A DNA stretch of 64,000 nucleotides from positions 412,266 to 476,265 of the forward strand of contig JBFWNW010000001.1 in the NCBI GenBank assembly GCA_050250855.1, written 5' to 3'. How positions within the stretch are numbered: position 1 is the first letter of the stretch; the number at the start of each line of letters is the position of its first letter. The notes under the pieces were generated by a model. The model searched no databases and was not told the origin of the DNA. It was given only the letters and a program-made list of their open reading frames with translations. The translations under genes and the position numbers were made by a program. This DNA is from Candidatus Babeliales bacterium. GTDB lineage: Bacteria; Babelota; Babeliae; Babelales; JACPOV01. Shown here in pieces: positions 39,757-49,265 of this stretch.

Positions 39757-40527
39757 ATGTTAAAAACTGTTTGCGCTCTTGTTTTGTGTAGTAGTTTGGT
39801 AAGCTTCTGTGCAATAGAGTATCATCCCGAACTTGAAAGAACAGCAGAAGAAGTTGCCTGTTTTAATGAAACAGATGATAATGCTGAACGCTATTTGGCG
39901 TATCGAGATCTTCCGGAGCTTTTTAAACAATATACATCTGGGCCAAAAGCATTAGATTTTGGGGCAGGAACAGGAATTTCAACAAAGTTACTACTCAATA
40001 ACAATTTTTCTGTTTGCGCCGCAGACGTAAGCACAGAGATGGCAAAGCAGTTTAGGATTAATTATCCTGAAGTTCCTTTGTATATGATAAATAATAATGA
40101 ACTGCCATTTGCCGCGCATAGTTTTGATCTAGTATTTTCAAGCCTTGTTATTCTTGAAATTGCAAGCAAAGAGGCCCTCAAAGAATACTTTAAAGCCGCT
40201 CATGGCATTTTAAAAAAAGATGGTATTTTTGTTATTCTCAACACCAGTGATACTGCCTATACCAAGAATTGGTTTCTTTTTGGCAACGATTATCCAGAAA
40301 ACAAAAATCTAAAAAGTGGCGATTTAGCTACTATTTTTCAGTACGAAGGAAATATTAAATTTAGCGATTATTATTGGCTTGAGTGTGACATAAAAGCTTT
40401 AGTTGAAGAAGTCGGTTTTGAGATGATAACAATTCATCATCCATTAGGAAAGAGCGATGAGCCTTATGCATGGCGCGATGAATTAGAAGATTCTCCCTTT
40501 GTGCTTTTTGTAGCACGTGCACTGTAA
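39757..40527 (+). CDS. class I SAM-dependent methyltransferase
   Basis: ALDFGAGTG, FDLV; signal-like N-terminus MLKTVCALV. Confidence 0.8.
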   Translation: MLKTVCALVLCSSLVSFCAIEYHPELERTAEEVACFNETDDNAERYLAYRDLPELFKQYTSGPKALDFGAGTGISTKLLLNNNFSVCAADVSTEMAKQFRINYPEVPLYMINNNELPFAAHSFDLVFSSLVILEIASKEALKEYFKAAHGILKKDGIFVILNTSDTAYTKNWFLFGNDYPENKNLKSGDLATIFQYEGNIKFSDYYWLECDIKALVEEVGFEMITIHHPLGKSDEPYAWRDELEDSPFVLFVARAL

Positions 40528-40530
40528 AGT

Positions 40531-40650
40531 GTGGTTCGAGACGTCCAGGCTTCATTAAAACTACGCCGGACTCCTCACCACGAACGGAGAGTTAAATTTT
40601 CGCTCATCCTGAGTGATTTGTGAAACAAATTGTATCGAAGGATTTGAGCG
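40531..40650. repeat. palindromic REP-like element pair
   Basis: TGGTTCGAGACG[TCCAGGCTTC..CTACGCCGGA]CTCCTCACCACGAACGG, plus CGCTCATCCTGAG...TCGAAGGATTTGAGCG. Confidence 0.8.
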
Positions 40651-40665
40651 CTTTAATTGAAATTG

Positions 40666-41820
40666 TTACGCAGTTTTATGATACTGCTCAAGGGCTTCAT
40701 GTATAAATGCACTATCAGCAAATGTCGTTAGCATACCGCCTTGGATTTTGTCACTCGGTGAACTAATAATCATGCGATTATTTCTGTACTTTTCTTCCAG
40801 AGTTTTATCATACGCAGAGCCGGTTATGCATTTGAAAAGGTGAACTGTTTTTGACAAAGCTTCATGCGTATGTGCGTGGCCACCATCATTACCCATAACA
40901 ACGTATACATTGTGCAAATTATTTTTTGCCAATGATGCCAGATAGGCGGCTTCATTATTGTTTGAAACAACAACATCTTTATGTTGAAAGTGCACTAATA
41001 TTTTGAGGGGAAGATTGCCAAGAAGCGCTGCATTTTCAAAAGCATCGAGACCATCAAGTTTATACTGTGTTACTTTTGAAACCAAAGAAAGTGGCGCAGC
41101 CGTATCTTTCATAGAGCGTAACGGGATGTCTAACACTATTGAGCCATTAAGTATAACGCTGAGCAGATGAGCTCTGTCTTGTTGTGTGATACCAATTTCA
41201 GCAAGTTCCTTTTCATGGTTTTTAAAAAGAGTATCGTCATGCAAGAGCGCAATCAGATTTACAACAGTAGCGGCACCACGAGAAATACCAAAAAGATCTA
41301 TTGCCGTAAGATTGAGTTCATGTACTACGTGCTTTAACGTATAAAGTGCCGGCAATACGTCAGGGAGCTGCCCAAATGATGATTTCCAAAATGGCGCAAA
41401 AGCTGTCTTTGCATCAGGAAAATTGAAAGTAATAATATCACCGGGAAGTATTTTAAAGTAACGTTTTAAAATTTTAGCGCTATTTTGTTGGTTTTGCCAA
41501 CCGTGGAAAAATAAGGTTGGGTGATGGGCTTCTTTATATTGCATATCTTTTATATAAGATATTTTTAAAGGATAGCCAAATAACTTTTTTTCAGTTTTTT
41601 TATCTCTTCTGATTGTTTTGTATTCCCATGCCTCGTCAAGCTTATTTGAACTGAGGAGTAGTTGTATACCATAAAAAATTTCTTTCATGCCAGTGCCAAA
41701 TGATGGGAAAAATTCTTTAAAAGGGGCATCAGGTGATTTAAACTGCTTTAAGCCAATAAGTGGTTTGGTGCTTGGTGTGGAAAGAATAAAAAGGGATAAT
41801 AAAAGTAATTTTTTGTTCAT
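40666..41820 (-). CDS. exported alpha/beta hydrolase
   Basis: FFHGW, FGISRG, DVVV, GGHAH. Confidence 0.7.
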   Translation of the reverse strand: MNKKLLLLSLFILSTPSTKPLIGLKQFKSPDAPFKEFFPSFGTGMKEIFYGIQLLLSSNKLDEAWEYKTIRRDKKTEKKLFGYPLKISYIKDMQYKEAHHPTLFFHGWQNQQNSAKILKRYFKILPGDIITFNFPDAKTAFAPFWKSSFGQLPDVLPALYTLKHVVHELNLTAIDLFGISRGAATVVNLIALLHDDTLFKNHEKELAEIGITQQDRAHLLSVILNGSIVLDIPLRSMKDTAAPLSLVSKVTQYKLDGLDAFENAALLGNLPLKILVHFQHKDVVVSNNNEAAYLASLAKNNLHNVYVVMGNDGGHAHTHEALSKTVHLFKCITGSAYDKTLEEKYRNNRMIISSPSDKIQGGMLTTFADSAFIHEALEQYHKTA

Positions 41821-41953
41821 AAGGCAACCTCTAAAGCATTTCTATTTGTATAAACTATTCTATTTGTATAAACTATAATAATATATTTTATATAATTTGT
41901 CAAATTGAGCCATGAGTGGTTCTGAATGTAAATTTTACCTAGGTTATATACAT

Positions 41954-42262
41954 CCCGTTCGTGCCCCTCGATACACCGAGCAACGCTCGGCACTCGGGGT
42001 GATCGGGGCAACTGGTGAGCCTGTCCTGAGCCCTGTCGAAGGGGGTTTTTCGAAGAAAAACGTCTCAGCCTGCCCGCCGAAGTTTTAACGAAGGCTGGGA
42101 ACCATTCGAACTCAAAATTTAAAAATTATATATTTTTTAGGATTTCGTATGGTTCGAGACGCAAACTAAATAAGTTTGCTCCTCACCACGAACGGAATTT
42201 AAATAATTCTTAATAACTCGATTGATTCATTTTTATTAAAAATCCTTAGATTGAGTTTACGT
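41954..42262. repeat. composite nested palindromic element
   Basis: Equals the 19387 element with three short insertions; the tail 42189-42262 recurs at 57022-57095. Confidence 0.85.
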
Positions 42263-42273
42263 CGGTTGTGAAT

Positions 42274-42310
42274 AAAAAAACGGCGTGGCAGATAACAATG
42301 CCACGCCGTA
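42274..42310 (-). terminator. Rho-independent terminator
   Basis: ACGGCGTGGCA/TGCCACGCCGT stem with a T-run on the minus strand. Confidence 0.8.
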
Positions 42311-42334
42311 ACGATTCTTATTACAAGTAAAAAC

Positions 42335-44410
42335 CTATCTTCTTGTAGGTACCGCAGGTTTCTTTTCTTGCTTAAATTGGTTATCTAATGAGGTAAAAGC
42401 ATTAAGGAAATCCGCTAAGAAATTCTTATCAGAAACCGGTGAATCAAGGCGTATTGCATTGATTATTCCTTTTGTTTTTTCATCGCGGGTAGATTTTAAT
42501 GCTTCTTCTTCTGGTTGTCCCATGAAAAGATAACGGTTCAAAGGAGTTATGTTAATTACTTGAGCACCACGTTTTAATTGATTGCTCTGCCTGTCATAGC
42601 TCAAATTCAAAAGATTACCAAGAGATTCACGCAGAGATTCTTTCTTTTTCTCTTTTTCCTCTTCACCTTTTTCTTCTGTTGGCTTTATTTCTACAGGCTG
42701 AACCTTTGTAGCATCCTTTTTGTCTTTATCCTTTGGAGGGAAATATTTATGCCATAGTTCACGTGTTTGCGCTTCAATAAGTTTTTTATCAGCATCTTTT
42801 ATTTTAAGCATGCGATGAGGACTTAATTCATTTTTAATAGCACGCAAATGGCGCTCCATTTCAAGAAGTCTGTTATTTATATTTTTAGCTTTTTCATACT
42901 CAGTATTCTCAGAAGGATCTTTTTCTAGGAAAGCAGCAAATCCTTTAAAGAGTTCTTTGCCTGCCGGAGCTCCCATACTTTCTTCATTAATACTTCTTTC
43001 AAGCGCTTCAAAGTTTTTGGTTATAGTTTTCAGTTTATCTTCACCAGCTTTAGTATCTGGTTTTCTGGGTGCCGGCTTTTTAGGTTGTTCGCCTTTGTCT
43101 TTACCTTTTTCATCTTTCTTTGCTTCAGGTTTTTTTGCTGATGCTTTCGATGGCTCTTTTCCTTCATCTATTTTTGTTGGCTCAAATGCTGGTTTTCCTG
43201 TTTGTCCAGCAGGGCCATCAAAACTGGGCTTGAATGAATCACGCCCTTCGTAACCAGGAAGAAAGTCAGAGCCGCCAAAAAATCCTGTATCTAAATCTCG
43301 TGCTCGAGGTGAGAATGAAGGATAGCGTACACGCAGCGCTTCTTCTTGTGCTTGGCGTGCCTTCTTTTCAAGCTCTTCTTGTTCTTGTTTTAGCTTAAGC
43401 GCTTCCGGTTCATATTTACTCAGGACGTTTACCATTTCCTTAATAAGGTTATTTTGGTAGATCGCCTTGTTGTAGTTTTGCAAAATAGAGTCAAACACTT
43501 GTTTTGTTTGTTCTTTTTGCATAATGATATTATATGCTTCAGAGAATGTTTCGCGTTCTTTTTGTGCTTCTTTGACCGCTTCTTTAATTTCAGTCTCTGA
43601 TTTGCCTTCGCTTTTGAGTTCTTTTTCAAGAGCTTGAGGGCTTTTTTCTGTATATAATTTTTGATACGATTTATTGACCTCTTGCCATGAAGCATCAGTA
43701 GTTGTTCCTAATAAGGTATACGGATTTACTTCTTCTAGCTCTACTTCTTTTACAATAAAGAGTGGTTCAAGATAGTTTAATGCTTGTTCAAGCTCGCGAA
43801 GCGTTTTGCACAGAGGAGCAAACTCTTTTTCTGGCAGATATTTAAGAAGTTTGTCTTCTGCCAATGCATGGAAGTAATACAGCATATCTTGGATATTGTA
43901 TTTCCATTCTTTAAGCTTATCAGCATATGCTCGATTTGATTCTGCTTTATGAGAAATAGCATTGATTTTTGCAATAAGGTTTTTAAGAATGCCCTGTAAC
44001 TCTTTTGACTCCAAACACATTTTTGGCAGTTCAATCGGTTTTGGTTGTTCTAATTTTGGTAGTTCTGGCATAGGCTGCGCAACAGGAGCCGTTTGCTGTT
44101 CTTTTAATTCTGGTGGCGTAGGAACACCAAATAATTCTTGGAAAGGATCTTTCCCTTGAGATTCCATTTCTTTAATGTAGTCTTCACCAATTTTTGCCAA
44201 TGCATCAAGTGTTTCTTGGTCTAAAGTTTCCAGTACCTGTAACATTTCTTGTAATTCAGCTTCTGAAATGGGGGGCATTTTAGCACCCGGTGCTGGTCGC
44301 GCAGGAGCGGCTGGTTTCTTTTGTGGTGGCGCTTGTACAGGACGTTGAGCACTGTAGGAAAAAAAGTTTAAACTGAGTAGGGTTAGGAAAAAAATATTAA
44401 AAATCTTCAT
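42335..44410 (-). CDS. large exported coiled-coil protein with a degenerate J-like domain
   Basis: Signal peptide MKIFNIFF; NPYTLLG...ASWQEVNKSYQKL..EKSP (HPD absent). Confidence 0.6.
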   Translation of the reverse strand: MKIFNIFFLTLLSLNFFSYSAQRPVQAPPQKKPAAPARPAPGAKMPPISEAELQEMLQVLETLDQETLDALAKIGEDYIKEMESQGKDPFQELFGVPTPPELKEQQTAPVAQPMPELPKLEQPKPIELPKMCLESKELQGILKNLIAKINAISHKAESNRAYADKLKEWKYNIQDMLYYFHALAEDKLLKYLPEKEFAPLCKTLRELEQALNYLEPLFIVKEVELEEVNPYTLLGTTTDASWQEVNKSYQKLYTEKSPQALEKELKSEGKSETEIKEAVKEAQKERETFSEAYNIIMQKEQTKQVFDSILQNYNKAIYQNNLIKEMVNVLSKYEPEALKLKQEQEELEKKARQAQEEALRVRYPSFSPRARDLDTGFFGGSDFLPGYEGRDSFKPSFDGPAGQTGKPAFEPTKIDEGKEPSKASAKKPEAKKDEKGKDKGEQPKKPAPRKPDTKAGEDKLKTITKNFEALERSINEESMGAPAGKELFKGFAAFLEKDPSENTEYEKAKNINNRLLEMERHLRAIKNELSPHRMLKIKDADKKLIEAQTRELWHKYFPPKDKDKKDATKVQPVEIKPTEEKGEEEKEKKKESLRESLGNLLNLSYDRQSNQLKRGAQVINITPLNRYLFMGQPEEEALKSTRDEKTKGIINAIRLDSPVSDKNFLADFLNAFTSLDNQFKQEKKPAVPTRR

Positions 44411-44497
44411 GAATTTGTCATCCTTTGGTATGAATACAGAGAGGAGATTCCTCAATCGATTGCATCTATTTCAAATACAGAGGTCGTAAGAAAGCAT

Positions 44498-44911
44498 ATG
44501 TACATAAATTATAACGCCTTCTTATTTCTATTATTAAATTACCACAGAGTAAAAAAAAGTTCAAGGGGTACCCTCAGGGGTGGCTTTTTACTCCTTGAGC
44601 TTTTAGTTGCCTTTATTATAGCTCTTTTGCTAGGTACTGTAACTATTCTCTGGCAAAAAAATAGTATAGATGCTCTTGCAAAGCTCCAAAAACAGCTCTC
44701 TGTTCTCCAAGAAACTAGCCAAAATCTCAGGCGCATGCAAAGGGATGCGGCCTATGCAAAAAGGGCTCAAAGCGCTCTTGAGCAGGTACATCTTCTGGCA
44801 TCTATTGATACATTTTTAGTGCTCAAAGAGCCGCATCACTTCAAGCTTGTTACGGTACGCGCACCAGATTCTGGTCTGTATCTTATGGGAGGGGTTCTGC
44901 ATGAAAAATAG
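44498..44911 (+). CDS. prepilin-type (pseudopilin) protein
   Basis: GGFLLLELLVAF class III signal; start codon uncertain. Confidence 0.65.
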   Translation: MYINYNAFLFLLLNYHRVKKSSRGTLRGGFLLLELLVAFIIALLLGTVTILWQKNSIDALAKLQKQLSVLQETSQNLRRMQRDAAYAKRAQSALEQVHLLASIDTFLVLKEPHHFKLVTVRAPDSGLYLMGGVLHEK

Positions 44912-45413
44912 TCCCGGCTTTTTATTGATAGAGCTTCTTGTCTATATTGCGGCCTCTTTGTTTCTTGCTGTTGTTGTGCTGCGTAGTGCGATTTCTTATA
45001 CGCAACAATTAACCACAACCAGAAATGCCGTACAAAAAACATCGAGCATGCAGAGCGCACTTGTGGCATTTAAGCGAGATATTGAACAAGCACCTTGTGC
45101 TTGCGATGCATGGTATGTTATCAATGATCATGAGCTTATATGGCGCGGTGATCATGATGCATGCGGATGGTCTTATGAAAAGAAATCTTTAATACGGCGC
45201 CAAGGAACGTATGATCATAAAAAAAAGAATTGGGGGAAAAAAACAAAAAGTGTAGCCGCTCAGGGACTTGAACACGTTATATTTTCTGTGCATAAGAGTG
45301 ATACTGCGATTCAAGAAGTTGATTGCATGCTTTCTGCACATAAGGAAGGTACTAAGAAATCTTTTACCATGAACGTACAAGTACCTTTATGTAATGGAGA
45401 GATTTTGGTATGA
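44901..45413 (+). CDS. prepilin-type (GspJ/PilW-like) protein
   Basis: MKNSPGFLLIELLVYI. Confidence 0.75.
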   Translation: MKNSPGFLLIELLVYIAASLFLAVVVLRSAISYTQQLTTTRNAVQKTSSMQSALVAFKRDIEQAPCACDAWYVINDHELIWRGDHDACGWSYEKKSLIRRQGTYDHKKKNWGKKTKSVAAQGLEHVIFSVHKSDTAIQEVDCMLSAHKEGTKKSFTMNVQVPLCNGEILV

Positions 45414-45844
45414 AGCAAAAAGGTTTTATTGTCCTTATAGTGCTTGCTTGCATGAGCATGATACTTCTTTATAGTACGCTTGTATGGCGATCAGCAGCGC
45501 TTATTCATGCTTTAGTTGCTGAAAAAATAATGTATGAAAAACATAACGCTCTCCATCAAGCATTGGCGTTGTGGAGCATTGATCTTTGTAAAGAAAATTT
45601 TGACTATCTGTTAGCATCGCTTGATAAGGATGCTCAAGCACTTGCTATTCCACAATGGCCCCCGCGCAAAAAAGAAGCACTCCCCGGGTTGCTAAAACTG
45701 AGCAAACGGTCATATAATGAAATTGATATGGCAATACATCTTATGCTGGGCAAAAAAAGTAAAATTATTACGTGTACCTTAACCCGTAAAGAAAAAAATG
45801 CTCAGGAATATAGTTTTCATGTATCAGCATGGCGCTATTCATGA
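45410..45844 (+). CDS. GspK/PilX-like pseudopilin
   Basis: MKQKGFIVLIVL, lacking Glu+5 as is typical of GspK/PilX. Confidence 0.6.
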   Translation: MKQKGFIVLIVLACMSMILLYSTLVWRSAALIHALVAEKIMYEKHNALHQALALWSIDLCKENFDYLLASLDKDAQALAIPQWPPRKKEALPGLLKLSKRSYNEIDMAIHLMLGKKSKIITCTLTRKEKNAQEYSFHVSAWRYS

Positions 45845-45858
45845 GCCAGGAGCTTGCT

Positions 45859-46695
45859 ATGAAAAAATTACTCTTGTGCTTGCTGCTCTTTGTAGCTAAT
45901 GTATGCGCTCAAGAAAATCTTTCCTTATTTGATATCCATCCAGACGTACTTAATAAAAACATCCTTGATTATTTACTGTCAGAAAAGCCATTCTCAAGAT
46001 ACCATAAAAAATTTGAAAAATTAGATTATCAAGAGGTTCATACAAACGAATGTATTTTGAATCATATGCAAATTCCAACACAGCAACATATAACCTATTT
46101 AAAGTTTGAACCGCCTACCGTATTAGGACTATCTGATAATAAAGCATTAATTGGTTTTGCTATGTCAACGTATATAAAAGTTTTTAAGTCCGGTGATCCA
46201 AAAAATAACGTGTACTATAAAAAAATTTCATTACCTAGTGAGTGCGTAGGAATTCTTCTATGTTCAAAAAGTAATCGGGGTGTTTTCTGTATGGCACAAC
46301 AAGATAGGTATGAACTCATGCTGGCTAACTTTGATACTCAAAAAGAACTCTCTTTGATGAATTTTAAAAAATACCCTAATGATAATTTAACTGCACCAAA
46401 ACTTTTACTACATACTTCAGAGCAAAAAATCTATATAAAGATTCCTGAGAGCGCAGAGCGATATATTGATATTTCTAATGAAGATCCCTGGGCACGACTT
46501 TTGGCAAAGCAACGTTTTATGCATCAACCCCGGTTCTGGGAACAGCAGAAGCCTAAAACACTCAGAAATCTTTTCCATCGTCTTCGTATTTGTGCAGATC
46601 CTGCTACCTTGCGTGAACAGCAGGAAAAAAGGGTATTACCGCAAAATCTTGTAGGACTCTATCTGCGTCTAACAGGAACAGATACGCAACAGTAA
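45859..46695 (+). CDS. secreted protein with an N-terminal F-box-like motif
   Basis: Signal peptide, then LSLFDIHPDVLNKNILDYL; RBS AGGAG. Confidence 0.55.
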   Translation: MKKLLLCLLLFVANVCAQENLSLFDIHPDVLNKNILDYLLSEKPFSRYHKKFEKLDYQEVHTNECILNHMQIPTQQHITYLKFEPPTVLGLSDNKALIGFAMSTYIKVFKSGDPKNNVYYKKISLPSECVGILLCSKSNRGVFCMAQQDRYELMLANFDTQKELSLMNFKKYPNDNLTAPKLLLHTSEQKIYIKIPESAERYIDISNEDPWARLLAKQRFMHQPRFWEQQKPKTLRNLFHRLRICADPATLREQQEKRVLPQNLVGLYLRLTGTDTQQ

Positions 46696-46782
46696 AAAAA
46701 GAGTGGTTAAGACTGTCTTTTTTTGGCAGTATGGTTATACTTAATCTCTAGACTTATTATTGATTATAGCTGAAAGGTTTTT

Positions 46783-47229
46783 ATGAAAGTATACTTACGT
46801 AAAGATGTTGAAAGAATAGGCATGCAAGGGGAAATTGTAAAAGTATCTGATGGCTTTGCCAAAAATTTTTTATTTCCTAAGCAATTAGCTGTAGAAGTAA
46901 CTCCTGAAAATGAATCGTTTTATATTACACGCCAAAGAAAAGTAGAAAACCGTAAAGAGGTTATAGCTACGCAATCTTCATTATTGGCAGAAAAAATTAA
47001 AACAACGCAGCTTGTTTTAAAAAGAAAACTTCATGACGGCAGCAAGCTTTATGGCTCTATTTCTCCGGTTGAAATAGTTGATGCATTAGCAGAAAAAGGC
47101 ATTAAGGTTGCAAAAAACCAAATTCTTTTTGATAAATCAATCAAAGAAAAAGGCAGCTACGAAATAACTATCAAGCTTTCTTCCCGCTTACAACCAAAAG
47201 TTAAGATTTCAGTTGTAGCCGAAGGCTAA
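46783..47229 (+). CDS. rplI: 50S ribosomal protein L9
   Basis: MKVYL...GEIVKVSDGFAKNFLFP...KLYGSI. Confidence 0.95.
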   Translation: MKVYLRKDVERIGMQGEIVKVSDGFAKNFLFPKQLAVEVTPENESFYITRQRKVENRKEVIATQSSLLAEKIKTTQLVLKRKLHDGSKLYGSISPVEIVDALAEKGIKVAKNQILFDKSIKEKGSYEITIKLSSRLQPKVKISVVAEG

Positions 47230-47260
47230 GAAACATTCTCTAAGGAGAGGTCATTTTTTA

Positions 47261-48640
47261 ATGGCACAAGAAACACGCTGGGGCACCAAGTCAGCAGCTC
47301 AAGTATCTGCTGAAAAATTACTTGGTAAGGCTTTGCCTTTTAGCTTAGAGGCAGAAAAATCTGTATTGGGAGCTTTATTGCTCAATGATGAATCTATTCA
47401 TCAAATTTCTGAAATGTTGTTGCCTAGTGATTTTTATCAGGTAGCGCATAAGCTTATTTATCAAGCTATGCTTACACTGGTTGAGCATTATAAACGCATT
47501 GATATTGTTTCTTTACAGGATTTTCTTGAAAAGCAGAAAAACTTAGAACATGTTGGTGGCATTACCTATTTGCTTTCATTGCAAGAGGATATTCCTTCTA
47601 TAGGTATGCTCAAGCAGCATGCACAGATTATTAAGGAAAAATCGGTATTACGCGATTTGATTAATTCTGCAACGGAAATTATTACCCAGTGCTATGACCA
47701 GAATGATAAAGAAATTGATGCCGTTTTAGATCAAGCAGAGCAACACATATTCCAGATTGCAAACAAGCGTACTAATCAGAATTTTGTACAGCTTAATATT
47801 TGGCTCAAAAAAACTTTTGAACATCTTTCTGATATTAAAAATCATGCAAAAGGAATTACTGGTGTCCCATCGAGTTATAAAAAGCTTGATAAAATGACCT
47901 CTGGCTTTCAGAAAGGAGATCTGATTGTTTTAGCCGCACGTCCTTCTATGGGAAAAACGGCACTATCATTAAGTTTGGCAGCACAAGCTGCACAGGTACC
48001 CTTGAGTGTTGGTTTCTTTTCTTTAGAAATGTCAGCCGAGCAGCTCACGTTGCGTCTTCTTTCTATGCAAGCTGGTATTTCACACCAAAATATTCGTAAT
48101 GCAGCTATTTCTTCTGAAGAATGGCTTGAATTGACCAATGTGGCAGCACAACTTGCTGGTATGAAGCTTTTTATTGATGATACGGCCATGCTTTCCATTA
48201 TGGATTTGCGTGCCAAAGCGCGTAAATTAAAAGCTGAGCATAAACTTGATTTACTCATCATAGATTATTTACAATTATTGCGTACCGCGCGCAAACATGA
48301 AAATAGGCATCAAGAGGTTTCTGAAATTTCTCGTTCACTGAAGGCATTAGCAAAAGAATTGGAAGTTCCTATTATTGCGCTATCTCAGCTATCACGTGCT
48401 GTTGACTCGCGCGTTGATAAACGACCAATGCTTTCAGATTTGCGTGAATCTGGTGCTATTGAGCAGGATGCTGATTTGATTATGTTTTTGTATCGTGATG
48501 TGGTGTATAATCCTGATACAGAAAACCCAGCTCTTTCAGAGCTTATTATTGGCAAACAACGTAATGGCCCAACAGGTACTATTTATATGAACTTTATTCG
48601 AGAGCTGACAAAATTTGAGGAAACGGATTATGAAGAATAG
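47261..48640 (+). CDS. dnaB: replicative DNA helicase
   Basis: AARPSMGKT, FSLEM, IDYLQL, SQLSR, DLRESGAIEQDAD, KQRNGPTG. Confidence 0.97.
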   Translation: MAQETRWGTKSAAQVSAEKLLGKALPFSLEAEKSVLGALLLNDESIHQISEMLLPSDFYQVAHKLIYQAMLTLVEHYKRIDIVSLQDFLEKQKNLEHVGGITYLLSLQEDIPSIGMLKQHAQIIKEKSVLRDLINSATEIITQCYDQNDKEIDAVLDQAEQHIFQIANKRTNQNFVQLNIWLKKTFEHLSDIKNHAKGITGVPSSYKKLDKMTSGFQKGDLIVLAARPSMGKTALSLSLAAQAAQVPLSVGFFSLEMSAEQLTLRLLSMQAGISHQNIRNAAISSEEWLELTNVAAQLAGMKLFIDDTAMLSIMDLRAKARKLKAEHKLDLLIIDYLQLLRTARKHENRHQEVSEISRSLKALAKELEVPIIALSQLSRAVDSRVDKRPMLSDLRESGAIEQDADLIMFLYRDVVYNPDTENPALSELIIGKQRNGPTGTIYMNFIRELTKFEETDYEE

Positions 48641-48965
48641 AACGATATTCCTTTTTGTTTTTTCTATGTTGAGTTTATTTTTCATTACCTATGCCGCTGA
48701 GTTTAATGAACCACATCAATTGACTCTTTTTGACGAAAATCTCACTCAACCCCAAATAAACTCCGTTCAACAAAATCAAAATCCTCCTCAACAAAATATA
48801 CCGCTATTCTCAACTATTTCTGAAATGCTTGAAGTTATCACATGTGGACCAACAATCACCGGAATGCTTTATGATAATTTAGGTGGAGAAACGATTGCTC
48901 GCATACTTTTTCAATGTTTTAACAATTCAAGCGACGAGAAGGAACACCATGAAAAATATGATTAG
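48630..48965 (+). CDS. secreted hypothetical protein
   Basis: Signal peptide MKNRTIFLFVFSML. Confidence 0.55.
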   Translation: MKNRTIFLFVFSMLSLFFITYAAEFNEPHQLTLFDENLTQPQINSVQQNQNPPQQNIPLFSTISEMLEVITCGPTITGMLYDNLGGETIARILFQCFNNSSDEKEHHEKYD

Positions 48966-49254
48966 ATTCTGTTCTATACTTCTTATTTTCTCTGCAAGGG
49001 CTATGGATCAAAGTAAGCCGCACAAACAGCTTTTTGATGCTATTGAAGAACAAGATTTAGATTCTGTAAAAAATTATTTAAATGCAACTGACATTGATTT
49101 GGCAACACTCAAAAAAGCATCCGATAATGCCCAAGCAGTATTTTTTGGGTATTGGAAAGCTTATAAAAATTCTGATATTCATTTTACCTCAAAGCATAAT
49201 TCAATACGCTATTTTATTACTAAAAAGATTAACGAAATAGATTTAAATAACTAA
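48949..49254 (+). CDS. secreted small helical-module protein
   Basis: Signal ..ARA-MDQ; HKQLFDAIEEQDLDSVKNYL. Confidence 0.6.
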   Translation: MKNMIRFCSILLIFSARAMDQSKPHKQLFDAIEEQDLDSVKNYLNATDIDLATLKKASDNAQAVFFGYWKAYKNSDIHFTSKHNSIRYFITKKINEIDLNN

Positions 49255-49265
49255 GAAGGGATTTC

